A stretch of DNA of 64,000 nt from Octopus sinensis (GCF_006345805.1 NC_043003.1:12400001-12464000), one strand, 5' to 3'; shown: positions 24,559 to 39,400, numbered from the stretch's first letter. Notes: generated by a model not told the origin, from the sequence alone. Made by a program: numbers and translations.

Positions 24559-24956
24559 GGCGCAGGAGTGGCTGTGTGGTAAGTAGCTTGCTAACCAACC
24601 TCATGGTTCCGGGTTCAGTCCCACTGCATGACATCTTGGGCAAGTGTCTTCTGCTATAGCCCCGGGCCGACCAATGCCTTGTGAGTGGATTTGGTAGACG
24701 GAAACTGAAAGAAGCCTGTCGTATATATATATATATATATATATGTGCATGTGTGTCCCCCTAGCATTGCTTGACAAACGATGCTGGTGTGTTTACATCC
24801 CCGTCACTTAGCGGTTCGGCAAAAAGAGACCGATAGAATAAGTACTGGGCTTACAAAGAATAAGTCCTGGGGTCGATTTGCTCGACTAAAGGCGGTGCTC
24901 CAGCATGGCCGCAGTCAAATGACTGAAACAAGTAAAAGAGAAAAGAGTAAAAGAGT
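24559..24956 (+). mobile_element. Full-length tRNA-derived SINE family C (CORE-like segment, internal microsatellite)
   Basis: Head ggcgcaggagtggctgtgtggtaag...ggttcagtccc, MIR/CORE-like ccttgggcaagtgtctt, central (TA)n and tail (aaagagt)n. Related copies near 1250-1600, 9590-9870, 11176-11510, 31090-31430, 37425-37830, 39480-39830 and 42770-43130. Confidence 0.8.
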
Positions 24957-25439
24957 AAGTTGGTTTCTTTCTTAACTATCACACCCCATTTCTAAGTTAA
25001 CTCTGAAAATACCTCACACATGGTTTACACCCGTTGCTTTTTATATTCTTATATCAGCATTATAAATAACCTTTTCAACACCTACACTATTCCTTCCCCA
25101 TTACTCCCCCACCAATGACAATATCTTAAACACCTCCTTTAATACCTTACTTTGTAAATCTTATAATATGTTTGTGCGGATGTGTGTGTATATGTGTGAT
25201 GAAATTATTACTGCTTTTCTTGCTTTCACTTGCTTCTGGCATTATATATCAGGATCTTTATGTTTTTTTACAACCCTTTATCTTTCCAGTCTGTTAAAAA
25301 AATAAGATCTAGGATTGTTTATCTCCCCTATTTTCTGCTCTTGCAATTATGGTATTGTGTGCTAGGTAAGTTTTTGTAGGCACCTCAAAACTCCTGCCAA
25401 CTTGTATCCAGAATAACATTAGCAGCAACAGTTGTTAGA

Positions 25440-25482
25440 CTCTCTCTCTCTCTCTCTATTTATCTCTCTCTCTCTCTCTCTC

Positions 25483-25548
<66 letters not shown>

Positions 25549-25865
25549 TATCTCACACACACACCAATACTTATAAAATAGGGTGAAGAGTGAAGAACTA
25601 CTGTTCTGCTCTGATTCAAAGCTGATTTGTTGCTAAGTTTTATTCCTCAGATTCTGATAAGTAACAGTGGGTATGTGTATGTACCCACACACATCACTAT
25701 GTAGATATGTCCAACCATGCCAGCATGGTAAAACAAATGCAAAAGTTGTGTGTGTTGTCAGTATGAATGTGTATATGTGTGTATGTGTGTTGTCAGTATG
25801 CATGTGTGTGTTTGTATGGGTGTGTGTTATCAGTATATATGTGTGTGTGTTTGTATGTATGTGTA

Positions 25866-25928
<63 letters not shown>

Positions 25929-25990
25929 ACACACATATACATGCCAAATATATACACATGCATGTATGTGTGTGTATACACACTCACACA
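25440..25990. repeat. Microsatellite/minisatellite cluster: (CT)n, three units of about 36 bp (gtgtgttgtcagtatg...), (AT)n, (GT)n
   Basis: Read directly from the sequence. It explains the stack of spurious C/V/Y/H/T-rich ORFs here. Confidence 0.95.
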
Positions 25991-28048
25991 CATTCACTAT
26001 TATAAACACTTGCTCATGTATACTTGTGGCTAATTGAAAAATTAGAAGTTACTCTGTCAAATCTGGCTTTAATTTTATAACGTTAGAAAATCCTGTTATC
26101 TTTTTTTTATAATTATTTCCCATCTCTCACCCACCCCCCTCTCTGTTCCTGACTTTGTGTCACAGAAGTTGAAAGGTTAGACTAGACTGCTGTAGGGTTT
26201 TATTTCATCTTAGATTTTTATTTGGATTCAGATAATTACTTAATGCAATCAACATGAGGAACTAGTGCGTTTTGATAAAACAGAGCCAAAACATGTAAAA
26301 GATTACAACTAAGATAGTAAACAACTCATTGGTAGTATTAGTAAGGTTACATGTTTAGGATTCTGAAGTAGCCATTCCACTATGTTCAGTCTCTCTACTT
26401 CTGCCCACCTCCTCCAGTTTTTTTGTTAGTTCATAGAGAGAGTTGTTGTTGAGTTTTAAAATCCATGTCAGCTCTGATCAAGTACAGCTATGATCAAAGA
26501 CATTTAAGCAATGACCATTGGCTCTCTCTTTTTTTTTTTTGTTTTCTGTATGTCTGGCTGTTTGTTTGTTTAGGAGTATTCTATCTAATGTGCCTTTTTT
26601 TTGTGTGTGTGGTTTGAAGGAGGTTTTTCTGGTATTTCTAACAAGTTTAGTGAGCACAGTAAATTAATTACTATGTATTGGTCCAAATAAGTGAAATGTG
26701 ATAAATGTTAGTTTACACATACATAAATACATGTACACTATGTATACACACATATATACATTCATTCATGCAAGCATGCATACACACACACGCACACACA
26801 CATACACCTGCATATATGTCATACATACATAATTTGACAAATCAGAAATGTGAGAACTATGATTCAAGCAACTTCTTGAATCATAAAATATATATACTCT
26901 ACTTTGTGTATTGAGTACTTTTTTTCTATGTGTATAACAACTAACATCCTTATGAAAAGATAATCATGCAAAAAATGGAACAGATAAATGAGACAGGTCT
27001 TTGACATGGCTAAATAAAAATTTATATAGACCATTCGAGCGTGATCGTTACCAACATCGCTTCACTGGCACGTGTAAAAAGATTTGAGCGAGGTCGTTGC
27101 CAGTACCCCCTGACTGGCCCCCGTGCCGGTGGCACGTAAAAAGCACCCACTACACTCTCGGAGTAGTTGGCATTAGGAAGGGCATCCAGCTGTAGAAACC
27201 CTGCCAGATCAAGATTGGAGCCTGGTGCAGCCATCTGGTTCGCCAGCCCTCAGTCAAAATCGTCCAACCCATGCTAGCAAGGAAAGCAGACATTAAACAA
27301 TGGTGATGATGATGATGATAGACCAAAATGTCCCATCTAACCTAAGATAGCATGGAGAGCAGGCATAAAATAACAATGGAAATGATGATTTCTATTTGTG
27401 TGTGTATGTGAGATGAGGTTTGTGGCAAGTGATTACAACTTGAATAGAATCTCATCCAAGTAGTTGAAGCACTATATGAAAATTCAAATAGATCTGAATA
27501 ACATTAGAGATTTCTTCAGGACAACAATGTTTATAACAACCCTGTCTCCTCTACTCAGTATTTTTCAATATCTTCCTAGAAAATATTAAGTGCTAGACAC
27601 AATGTAATTTTGGTATTTCCATTTCTATCAGAGGAAATACCAACTGTGATTTGCCTACAATATCAACCTAATGTGCAATCATCATCATCATCATCATCGT
27701 TTAACGTCCGCTTTCCATGTGCAATAGTTAAGCAAACTCAGCCCCAGACTGAAGTGCTGGAGCCAATAGATCAGAGGTCTTTTCAGAAAAAAAATTATAG
27801 ATTCTGATCAATAGCTTCAATCAGAATGCAGTAACTATCATTATACTGAGCAGACTGGGTCCATTTCAAAGAAGGGTGACCGGTCAGTAAAGGAGGTGCA
27901 AATAAGATTTTACCTGGCCTTATTATAAATAAGTAATTGCATCAGTTTTCCTCAAATCTGAAATTGGACAGTTTCCTGGTAAGTTGGATGGTTATAGTTG
28001 CTGTGAAATGAAAAACCCAGGCACTTCAGAATGCTAATAGGGATGTCC

Positions 28049-28264
28049 AGGCGGCGAGCTGGCAGAATCGTTAGCACACCAGGTGGAATGCTTAGCAGTA
28101 TTTCGTCTCTCTTTACGTTCTGAGTTCAAATTCCGCCAAAGTCGACTTTGCCTTTCATCCTTTCGGGGTCGATAAATTAAGTACCAGTTGCGTACTGGGA
28201 TCGATCTAATCGACTGGCCCCCTCCACCAAAATTTTGGGCCTTGTGCCTAGAGTAGAAAAGAAT
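28049..28264 (+). mobile_element. SINE family A, agagtagaaaagaat-tail subtype
   Basis: Same head and body as family A with a different 3' tail. Further family A copies or fragments lie near 530-740, 10500-10670, 30598-30821, 38270-38410, 40321-40470, 46533-46750, 51300-51460 and 51810-52030. Confidence 0.8.
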
Positions 28265-29299
28265 CCTCATCTCTAATCATTTGTCACATTCTTTTCACTC
28301 TCTCACAAACTTACCTACCTACCCATCCACCTTTACTGTTCCTCATTGGGACTTACACTCTCTTATAGTCACACCCTCAACATCCCCCCCCCTTCCAGCT
28401 GGGAAGCCATGTATTCAACTCTTCAGCAAAACACCTGTTCCTGTTCCTCAATCATACTTTCACATCCCTCAATACTATATCCCACTCAGTTGAAGTGGGT
28501 CCTGTCTTGTTTTGGTGACCTCATAAGTGCTGGTGCCACAAAAAATGGCACTCAATACACTCTGTAAAGTGGTTGACATTAAGAAGAGTATCCATCTTTA
28601 GAAACCTGGAGTTTGATACAGTCCTCTGGCTTGTTAGTTCCTGTCGAGCCATCCAACCTATGCCAGCATGGAAAATGGATATTAAATGATGACAATAATG
28701 ATGATGATGATTGAAGGAATGTAGTGATATTGATTATGAATATCAGTTGAGGAAAAATATGTTGGAGTATTCTGTACACTGAATATATATACGATAATGT
28801 GGCTTCCACACAGTTTCTGTCTACCAAATTTCACTTACAAGGCCATTGGTCAACATGGTAGAAAACATATGTCCAAAGTGCTGCATAGAGATATTGAACC
28901 TGAGATCATGTGGTTGCAAAGTGAATTTCAGCCACATCCATACCCTATATAGAACATCTACTACAACAATTTTCATTTTATTTTCTATCAATTTATTTAT
29001 CTATCTTTTAAGAAATTCTACCTAAGCTCTTACATTTTTTTTTGTTTTTGTTTTATAATGTCTAATGATAGATAATATGAAAGTAAAAAAAATGTAATAA
29101 ACAATTTTAGGTGATTGTTATCGGCTTGTTATTCCCTTCACTCTTTATAATATAAAGGAACCTCTATAGTATTTCACATAATAGAATTTTCAGCAACTGA
29201 ATCTTCAGTTATCTTTGTACAAAGAAACTAATATCGTTGTTTCTCCTTCTTCAGAGTAGTACTGTTATTTAATTTTGGCATCACTTAGTATTATAACAT

Positions 29300-29640
29300 T
29301 AAACTCTGTTTTCTCTATTACAGTAGTTTTCTTTTGTTTATCTCTGCTTTTTCACTTACATTTCTGTACCTAGTACTTGGCTAACACCTTGATTCATTTC
29401 TTCCTGCTAGTCTTGTATTTCCTTCTTCCCAAGGTACCCCTTCTGCCTATCGACATACCTCTCTTTTGTTGAACACTTTTTTTCCTTTTGCTTACAAATT
29501 TCTTCGTACTACTTCCCATTAAATCTTCAATTTCAAACACACCTGTTTGTAGTAGACCAAACTGTAGAATATTACTAACTAATAGTAGCATCTGTTGTTT
29601 GTTCTGTTGTCCATGTAATGGAGTCCTCTATTTGTGACCT
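29300..29640 (-). mobile_element. Probable highly decayed non-LTR retrotransposon remnant (NeSL/R4-like?)
   Basis: Purine-rich minus strand. The FGLL...EIEDL...TKKFV...GRRG spacing loosely resembles the R4/NeSL post-RT region. A similar remnant lies at 55047-55380. Confidence 0.3.
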
Positions 29641-31639
29641 TCTGTATGTGTATGATTGTGAAACCCTTTTAATTTTCTATGTGTCAAGTTCTTCTTAAAT
29701 GCTGAAACCAGTAAAAGAATAAAAGAATGTCTCTTTTCCTTCTCTCTTGTATGGCTTTTTAAATATATATATCTACTCCTTATGCACAGGTATAGTTGTC
29801 TGTCCGGTTAAGTTCAGCTCCACTGTGTAAACGCTTTAGACAAATATCTTCTATAGCCTTGGGTTAACAAATGACTTCTGAACAAAATCTAGTTGACAGA
29901 AACTGCTGCACTGTGGAATTGAGCTCAAAGCCAAGCATGCTATCTCCACTAGAAGAGAATTAAAATTAGGCAAACTCTTAAAATCTTATCATCATCATCA
30001 TCATCTTTTAATGTTTACCTTCCATGCTAGCATGGGTGGGACGGTTTCACGAGAGCCAGCCAGGCAGAAGCCTGCACCAAACTTCTGTGACTGTTTTGGC
30101 AGAATTTTTACTGCTGGATGCCCTTCCTAACACCAAACACTCAGCAGAATGGACTTCATGCTTTTTACGTGGCACTAGCGCAGGCAAGGTCAGTTTTGGC
30201 AAGGTTCTTACTGCTGGATGTCCTTCAGAACACCAACCACTTTACAGTGTGGACTGAGAGCTTTTAAGTGGCACCTGCACTGACAGGGTCACCAAGTACT
30301 TGCAAGACAAAAAAAAAAACTTTCGTGAATAAAAAAATGACCACAAAGATATACTTATAGTTTTTGATTATAAATGTTATTCTTTGGTTTACTTAAATAT
30401 TTTCTAAAAATAGTTTATTTAACTATGAATTGGTTTATAATTTCATTATTTACTTTTCTTAATTTTGAATATCCCCAAGAAAAATATTTGAGAGAGTTAT
30501 CATCCCTGAATATTCTTCTAACATCAAACCTCCAATCATGATGGAGAGAGGGTCACATATTTTTCAAGTTATCATTGTTCCTTCTCAGTGCGATATTAAG
30601 GGCAATGAGCTGGCAGAATCATTAGCATGCCAGGCGAAATACTTAGAAGTATTTCGTCAGCTGTTACATTCTGAGTTCGAATTCTGCCAGGGTTGACTTT
30701 GCTTTTCATCTTTTCGGGGTTGATTAAATAAGTACCAGTTATGCACTGGGGTTGATGTAATTGACTTAATCCCCTTGTTTGTCCCCCGTATGTTTAGCCC
30801 CCTGTGGGCAGTAAGGAAATAAATATTATGGGCTATTATAATAAACACCATCTAAACACACACACACACATGGAATTCGTAATCATAAATCTGGTGACAA
30901 AAGATTGATGAATATATTGACTTCAAAAAAATTGCTTTTCTGCCTTAATCTTTATTTCAAAAAGAAACATGGTTGTTAGAAATTAATTCAGTATGCTACT
31001 GGCATGAATTTTATTGATCATGAAGTGTTGAAAAACAAATCCTAAAAAAGATTTTAAAAGGAATAAAATTCTTTTTATCATTATCTCTTACTTTTTTCCA
31101 CTCATTGGAGTGCGGCTATGCTGAAAGGTTGAGTCAAACAAATCATCCCCCGGTACTTATTTTTTAAAGTTTGGTACTTATTTTGTTGATTTCTATTGCC
31201 AAACTGCTAGGTGACAGGAATGTAAACAAACCAACACTGTCAAGCACTGGGAGAGAAATGCAGACGTACACACACACACACATACATGATAGGCTCCCAA
31301 CAGTTTCTACCTATCAAATACATTCACAAAGCATTGGTTGAACTGGGGCTATTATAGAAGATACTTGTCTGAGGTGCTGCACTGTGGGACTGAACCCCCA
31401 AATCACAGTGTTGTAAAGCAAGCCTCTTTAACCACATTTATCTTTATTTCACATTTAGAGTATTCATTTAAATACATGGTTGTCCTAGTTCAGTTGACAA
31501 CCATGCAGTATGAATTACTAGATGTAATTTATACAACATTCTCTTGAAAAATAGTTATAAGTAAGGTTAGGCAGTACAGATTTACATACGAGTTAAAACA
31601 TGAAATATTGCACATAAAATTATTCCATTTTAATTAGTT

Positions 31640-32100
31640 CTTCATCATCATCATCATCTTAATGTTCACTTTTCCATGCTTGCATGGTTTGGATGGAGTT
31701 TGTTGTGGTAGATTTTCTACAGATGGATGCACTTCCTGTTGCTAACCCTCAGCTGTTTCAAAGCAAGTGAAATATTTCCCCCGTTGCCAAATATGTGGCC
31801 AAAGCAAGTGACTATTTCCCCCATGGCCAAATGTTTTCCCAGCAGGTTGGAAACAAAGGACACCACCTACATTACGGTGACAGTTGCTTATAAGTGATGT
31901 CAAGACAAGAAGACAGTAACACACATACACACATGGTGGGTTTCTTTCAGTTTCCATCTTCCGAATCCACTCACAAGGCTTTGGTCAGCCCAGTGATATA
32001 AAAGACACATGCTCAAGACACCACACAGTAGGACTAAACCTGAAACTATATGATCAGGAAGCAGACTACCTTACACAGTCACACTTGTGCCTATCACTTC
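31640..32100 (-). mobile_element. Second (CAT)n-headed RTE-tail repeat, family D (representative copy)
   Basis: ttaatgttcacttttccatgcttgcatgg...gcagattttctac...aaggtaatatttccc motif recurs near 3810-4060, 17890-18100, 32470-32760, 33150-33350, 52335-52700 and 58805-59130. Confidence 0.65.
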
Positions 32101-32876
32101 TGTAAATTAAAAATATTACAATAAATCCTTGCAATTCCTTATAAAATTTGTAGTGAGCTTTGAAAAGTTCATAAAATCATTTTAAGCCATTGTAATATAT
32201 ACTAGCAGGAATAGTGAACAGTGTGTCAATATGGAAGTTTAGATATTATAATTATAGCATTTAGTTTCAAGATTATTACTTGAATAGAATTAAAAATGAA
32301 TTTTCAAATTACAATACAAAATATGAAATCATATAAAATTATACATTTTATCAATATTTTCTCGTATTTTTGTTACCAATTCAAGATATTACCATTGACA
32401 CTATCATATATTTCACTTACATTATTTAGAGATGTGTTCCTATATTTGTGTGTGTGTACATGTGTGCGTGTGCTGTGTATATCATTATTTGGAGGCCATT
32501 TTTCCATGCTTGTATGGGTCAGACAAGATTTGTTGAGGCAGATTTTCTATGGCTGGATGCCCTTCCTGTCACCAACTCTCATCCGTTTCCAAGCAAGGTA
32601 ATATTTCCCTATAGCGAGGCTTATTTTTTTCAGTGAAAACTTGAAAAGAACATCACTTGTATGATGATGATGCTCATTTACAGCCATCATAATATGTCGA
32701 GTCAAAGGTACACATACACACAAATGTATATAAACATGCATTTATGACAAGGCTCTTTTCAGTTTTCACTTTGTAGGACCTGGGTTATAGTAGAAGATAC
32801 TTGCCCAAGATTGCTTTCAGTGAGACTAAACCCGAGGTTACATAGTTGGTAAGCAAACTTCTTAACCATGCAGCTA

Positions 32877-32878
<2 letters not shown>

Positions 32879-32923
<45 letters not shown>

Positions 32924-33082
32924 ATATATATATACATATACACACACAAATATATGCATGGTATATGCACACAAATTCATATATAAATATACATACGCAA
33001 GTCAAAGCATTTGCATGTATGTATGTGTATATAGGTATATGTGCATACACATTTCTGTATATACACACATGCACATACATAC

Positions 33083-33124
<42 letters not shown>

Positions 33125-33135
33125 CACACACACAT
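32879..33135. repeat. (CT)n, (AT)n and (CA)n microsatellites
   Basis: Read directly. Similar clusters at 5960-6040, 17500-17600, 35520-35600, 35880-36050, 54460-54530 and 61355-61415. Confidence 0.95.
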
Positions 33136-35556
33136 ACTTATATACCACCCTCATCATTATCATTTTAATGTACACTTTTCCATGCTTGCATGGGTGAGAT
33201 TGAATTTGCTGAGGCAGATTTTCTACGGCCAGATGCTTTTCCTGTTGTCAACCTTCATCTTCACATGTTTCTATGGAAGATTGGAATCAAATGATGCTAC
33301 TTCTATGACCGTGTGGCATTCATGCTATACCAAGAGAAGAGATTGAGACACATGCAGAAGTGCTTGTGTGTAATGGACTTATTTCAGATTCTGTCTACCC
33401 AATTACAGGGCTTTGGTTGTCCTGGTATTTTTTGTATAATACATTTACCCAGGGTACCACGATAGGCTTGAACTCAAAACCATGTCATTCAGAAGCAAAC
33501 TTCTCATCTGCACATCCATGCCTTTGCTTAGAAAAAGGCATTGCCCAGGATGCTGCAGTGGAACTGAACCCAAAACCATGCGGTTGAGAAGCAAGCTCTC
33601 TAACCCCATACCCATGCCTATGTTCTTACACACAAACACACTCACATGCACATATTACAAGTTTTATATCTTAAAAGTTTTTATGCAAAATGTTTTCCTT
33701 TTCATTTTCCGTTTCCCCCAATATTTATGATATATTACTGACAGATGCACTAGTTATAGTTAGATAAAAAAGATACTGTTTAAAGTTCTCTAAATAAATA
33801 TATATTCATTCACTATACTTCATAAATTGTATCTATTTAAAATTTCTGGTACATCTGTTAATTTCTCTTTGTTTTGATAATTTATGTATTGTTCTCTATA
33901 AGTTTAATATATTTTCATATTTTTATTCTGATATTAGTATATCTTGTTAGATCTCAAAATTGCATTCATAAAGCTAAGTTATATATATATTTTTATTATT
34001 AACATCTTAGAAACACCTAGATGAGTGAAAGAAATTTAAGCTCATATATTCTCATATCACCTTTTACAAGTATGATATGTGTAACTAAGGAAATATACAT
34101 AAATATGTAAAAATAAGAATCAATATTTTCTTTAAATGAATTCAAAATATATATTTAAAATACCTACATCTATTTAACTGAAAATATAAACTTTTACCTG
34201 TAGATATTATTAAAGATTTTCTATTAAAGTTTTCTACTTATATTTGTTTTCCTGGTCTTATTAAAATCCTTGAAGCTGCTGTAAATTTTTTTTTCTTCCT
34301 TTCCTCACTTTACTAAGAGCATGATATCCATTTTTATATTATGCTGATTCTTTGCTGGTTTCAGGTTATCTTGTAAAAGTCAGAGATAGAAACAACCGTT
34401 TCTTCATACTGTCATCAAGTTCCTCTAAATGTGATGTTTGTGTAACTTTGTGGAAAGAATCTCATGTAGTATATCTGTACAGTTTTCGCCTCCTTGATAG
34501 ATAACAAATGATGTAGCCAATAGCAACAGTTCTTGTCTTTTTAACAGTGTGAGTAATGAAGCTGATGGTAAGGTGGAATGGCTGTGAGACTGTCAGTAAG
34601 GATTAGTAGAAGGCCTCTATTAGCAGACCTGGGCACTGAAGGGTAGCATGCTGGTATAGAGAATGTAAGAGAGAGAAAGTAATAGATGTACAGAGGATGG
34701 GTGGGATAAAGTTTGGTTCAGCAGCTGTTAGGGGAATATCTAATAGGTAGAGGGAGGCTGCTCATATTGTAGGTACATATACATACATTCTTAATCAGTT
34801 TCATTTATGAAGCAGTAAGCAAACCACACCAGCAGAAAAAAAAGCACCTAGAGAGAAAGGTAGAGACTGCCCTGCATTGCATTGGCAGTGCAACTATAAT
34901 TCCTGAGGAACTACCCTAAGAAAAGAAGACAATCTCTCACATTCAGTCGTGGCTTGATTTGCTTTATTTAGGGACCAAATATTTTCACTCGTCTATTTTT
35001 TTTTTTAACTACAAATAAATTCCAGAAGTACATAACTTCATAAAGCCTACAACAATGTCTCGACCGAATCCGAATTCAAACCCTCGCCCGGCAAGTACTG
35101 GTGTATTTGTGGGGATGTGGGAATCTAAACTCCAGGAAGTAATGGTGAGATTCCTATTCATTTTTGCTAATCTCATTGTAAATCTATCAGACTTTCTATC
35201 AAATTTTAGCAGAACAAATTACTCTGTGTGTGTGTGTGTGTGTACACTAACATACTCCTGTGTTATCCATGATATTTTCTAGTATATTCAACTAAAAGCT
35301 CTCTTTGTTGCTATTGTGTTTTATTTTGTTTATTTCTATTTGGAACTAGGATGGAGTTACTTCACTCCTGCCCCTTTCCTGAGAGTTATCTGGATTTTTA
35401 GGTTGATGTTTCCTAAATTACTTGTAACTGTTGGTTAAAAAAAAAAAAGCTTACATCCCACTCATTCTCTCTATTACAGAGGCACATATCCTCCCCTGAA
35501 AATATATTGTCTTTATATATATCTATATATATATAAATGCACACATATATATGTAT

Positions 35557-35605
<49 letters not shown>

Positions 35606-35881
35606 TATGCTTATATTGTCAATTAATTTTTAACTTTAAATTTTGTGCAAATCTAATATGATTATATGAATACTGAATATTTTATAGTCTAAGATGTTGA
35701 TTTTTATTAAAGTTTACCTGAAGTTGTCAAAACTAATAAACATGGCTGACTGTTAATTTAGATTCTTTAATTCAGTGCATTGTTAGTTCTGTTTTATTTG
35801 TCACATTGTGTCTGCTGTGTGTGTCTGTGTTCTGTGTATTTATACATACATATGCATATAGAGTGTTTTTCAATCTGTCTG

Positions 35882-35914
<33 letters not shown>

Positions 35915-36000
35915 GTTTATCCATCTATATAATGTGTGTATTATGTGTGCACTGATGCACTCACATGCATAATATGTTCATAAATATTTAATTGGAATAA

Positions 36001-36042
<42 letters not shown>

Positions 36043-36595
36043 ATATATATATTTATTTTTCCATAGAAATATATTTACACACATACACATTACATGGTTG
36101 TATACACATAGATAATTTCCTCATTCTGTTTATAAAAGGAAACCAGATATTATTGACTGTTAAATGCTTAGGAATCATTGCCAAATTAACGAAGTTCCTG
36201 TATTTTTAATTTTATTATATTTGGTATTTTCTGGAAATATCTCATTTCTAATTCCACCTAGATAATTCTTGTTATTGAAGAAAACAGTATGGTAACTTTA
36301 TGGTAGACAACAATTGGAATTTCAGCTGCTTCACAAGAAGAGATAAAACTTTTCTTTCTTTCTCTCCTGGGTTTTGGGTGGTAAAATTAGTCTTGTAATA
36401 CAACAATACTACACCACCAGACTAATTGGCAGAAATTAGTCAACCATGGACACAGTTGGAAGGGAGGGAAGCAACATGAAGTATGCTTTCTTATGCACAC
36501 ACATTTATATAGACAAATCAATAACAAACTGTGAACTCAACCAAAAAAACAGCAAAAGTCTAGAGTACATTCACAGTGATATGTATATATATATA

Positions 36596-37424
36596 TAGGG
36601 TGTGATGGGTAAATTGTTGCCATTTTATATTTTTAATTTCGTGCATGCACATTGTTTTTGATTTTGTCAACTACACAAGTCAGTTGAGCACCGTCTGTGA
36701 GGAAAACAGCACCATGGTGGAAATGACATGCTCTACTGCTTGGCATTCACTCTGGAAGCTCCAATATGAACATTTCAGAGGGTTTGGATGTCAGTCTGAG
36801 GACCTGTACCGAGAGTGATAAAAATCAAACACCCAGTCAACATCATTGTGTTTGGAGTGATCACTAGTGATGGCGATGTTATTGCCTCCATTCATCTTCC
36901 CACACAGCCTCAGATTCAACATGGAGGCCAACATCAAGTGCCTGGAGGAGGTAGTACTGCCCTGGGTGAAGAGGGTGGCTGCTGGAAGACCCTATGTCTG
37001 GCAACAGGACTTTGCACCATGCCACACAAGCAGGAGAACCCAGTCATGGCTGTCAGACAATTTCTGCAACCACATCACCCCTAATATCTGGCCACCCAAC
37101 TCCCCAGACTGCAACCCCTTTGATTATCATGTGTGGGGCACAGTTGAGTGAGAGACCAACAAAGCTCCTTGTAACACCAAAGATGAACTGAACACAAGGA
37201 TCATGGCAACATTAAACAAAGAGACCATCCAGAAGAGTTGTAGGAGATTCCGAAGTCTTCTGGAGGCCTTAGTTGAAGCCAATGGAGATATTATTGAATA
37301 AATTTACTCTTTAGTATTTCAAGATATTTCTATGTAATTTTGGTAAATATATCTGTTAAAATGAAATGTCAGTGTCATTTTCATTTTTGTGTAATTTAGA
37401 CGACAGTTTATTCACTGCACCCTG
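36596..37424 (+). mobile_element. Tc1/mariner DD37D (maT-type) element, internally deleted
   Basis: WQQDFAPCH...WPPNSPDCNPFDY has 37 residues between the last two Asp. Imperfect TIRs (t/c)agggtg..., with TA at the flanks. Confidence 0.88.
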
Positions 37425-37952
37425 TACATGTTTCAGTCATTTGACTGTGGCCGTGCTGGGGCACTGCCTTGAAGAATTTTTAGTTGAAGGAATTGACTCA
37501 TGTACTTTTTTTTTTAAGCCTGGTACTTATTCTATTGGTCTCTTTCACCAAACTGCTAAGCTGTGGGGACATGAACAAACCAAAACTGGTTGTCAAGCAG
37601 TGGTGGAGAATAAACACACACACAATACCGCATGCACTTAGATCTGTCTCTGTCTGTCTGTCTCTCTCTCTCCACATGTATGGTGGGCTTCCATCTACCA
37701 AATCTACTGACAAAGCTTTGATTGATTTGGGGCTGTAGTAGAAAGCTCTTGCCCAAGGTGCCATACAGTAGGACTGAACCCAGAACCATATCGTTGGGAA
37801 GCAAGCTTCTTACCACACAGCCATACCTGAATTTTATTAACTTTCAAGAGAACATGAAATAATTCTTTCTTGAAATAGTGGATCTCAAAGCAATCATAAA
37901 GCTATAGATAATAGTATTGTAAATATTGAGTTGCAAAACCCTTTTTGGATAG

Positions 37953-38040
37953 GAAAAGTCAAAGGTTGTCCATGGGACTTGGTTCCCCATCTCCTGTTGA
38001 CATGACAACCATTCTCTCCTCGGGCAGTCTTCAACTTTTT
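37953..38040 (+). CDS. Candidate small coding exon, product unknown
   Basis: ctttttggatag| ... TTT|gtatgt, locally GC-richer than flanks. One frame is open: KSQRLSMGLGSPSPVDMTTILSSGSLQLF. Confidence 0.22.
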
Positions 38041-38476
38041 GTATGTATGCAAAAAGGTTTTCAAACTCGGTATTTATGTTATTATTTATGGTTTTTATGT
38101 GTGCTTTGTGATCCTGTAATTAATTCAGTATTTAATGTGATAATCAATAATACTCTTTATTGATCAACCAGTTAATTAAACATTAACTAGTTAATTAATA
38201 ATATTAAGTATACTGTAAATCCAAGGTTAGTACAACAAAATATTGTACATTTATCACAGAATAAATAAGTATATTGGTTTCAAATTTTGGCACAAGGCCA
38301 GCAATGTCGAAGAAAGTATTAAGTCGATTATGGCAACCCTTATTTTCTACTGGTACTTATTTTGTTGACCCTTAAAAGATAAAAGGTAAAGTCAACCTCA
38401 GTGGAATTTTACAAGTAAATAATAATAATATTAATAATGATAACTAAATAAAACTGAAGATCTCTTCTTATTCATT

Positions 38477-38513
<37 letters not shown>

Positions 38514-39400
38514 ACACACACACACACACTGTGTGTGTGTGTGTGAGTGTTTTATGCATTAATGTGTATTTCCTCTTCTATTGTGCGCCTGGTACATATT
38601 TTCATTTATTTATTGTTGAATGTATGAAGCTCTGTCAAATAGGTCTGGATTTGAACTATGTGGTATCGCAGCATATCTGATGTCTGAAAATGTTCGCTCT
38701 AGTCTTCAGCTGTTTAAGTCATCCCAGATGGAGAGAAAAGAATAATTAAAAATACTCTGTTCATCTTTTCCTCTATCACTTTAGCAACTCAAGTATAGAA
38801 GAACTGAATCTGGATCACTCAAGACATACACACATGCATACACCCTCTGTTGTGTTAGAATATAATTACAAAATAGGAACACTTCTATAATGATGAGGAG
38901 ATTGCAGCTTAACCCTTTTGATACTGCCCCACCTAAAACTGCTACTGGCTGTATGACTTAAACTTCCTGTTTAAAATGATTTTCATCAAAATTTCCTGTT
39001 AAATTATGTTCCAGGCACCATCTTAATTATGATAAAGATATTTTGCTCTGAAATTTTCATTATTTTTGAAAGTAATTGAAAGAAAAGCAGTGTATTGCAA
39101 CGGAAATTTGGAAATGAAAGAGTTAAATCAGTCAATCCTTATATCTTCTATGGCATATTTGACTGTTCATTTTTCACTTTAACTGAAAATAGACTATAAA
39201 AATCATCATCATCATCGTTTAACGTCCGTTTTCCATGCTAGCATGGGTTGGACGGTTCGACCGGCGTCTAGAAAACCAGAAGGCTGCACCAGACTCCAGT
39301 CTGATCTGGCAGTGTTTCTACAGCTGGATGCCCTTCCTAACGCCAAACACTCTGTGAGTGTAGTGGGTGCTTTTTACGTGCAACCGGCACGTTTTACATG

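Noticed and set aside
25633-26037. Stack of 66-116 aa ORFs rich in C/V/Y/H/T
   Set aside because: They are translations of (GT)n, (AT)n and (CA)n microsatellites. The same applies to most other ORFs in the track.
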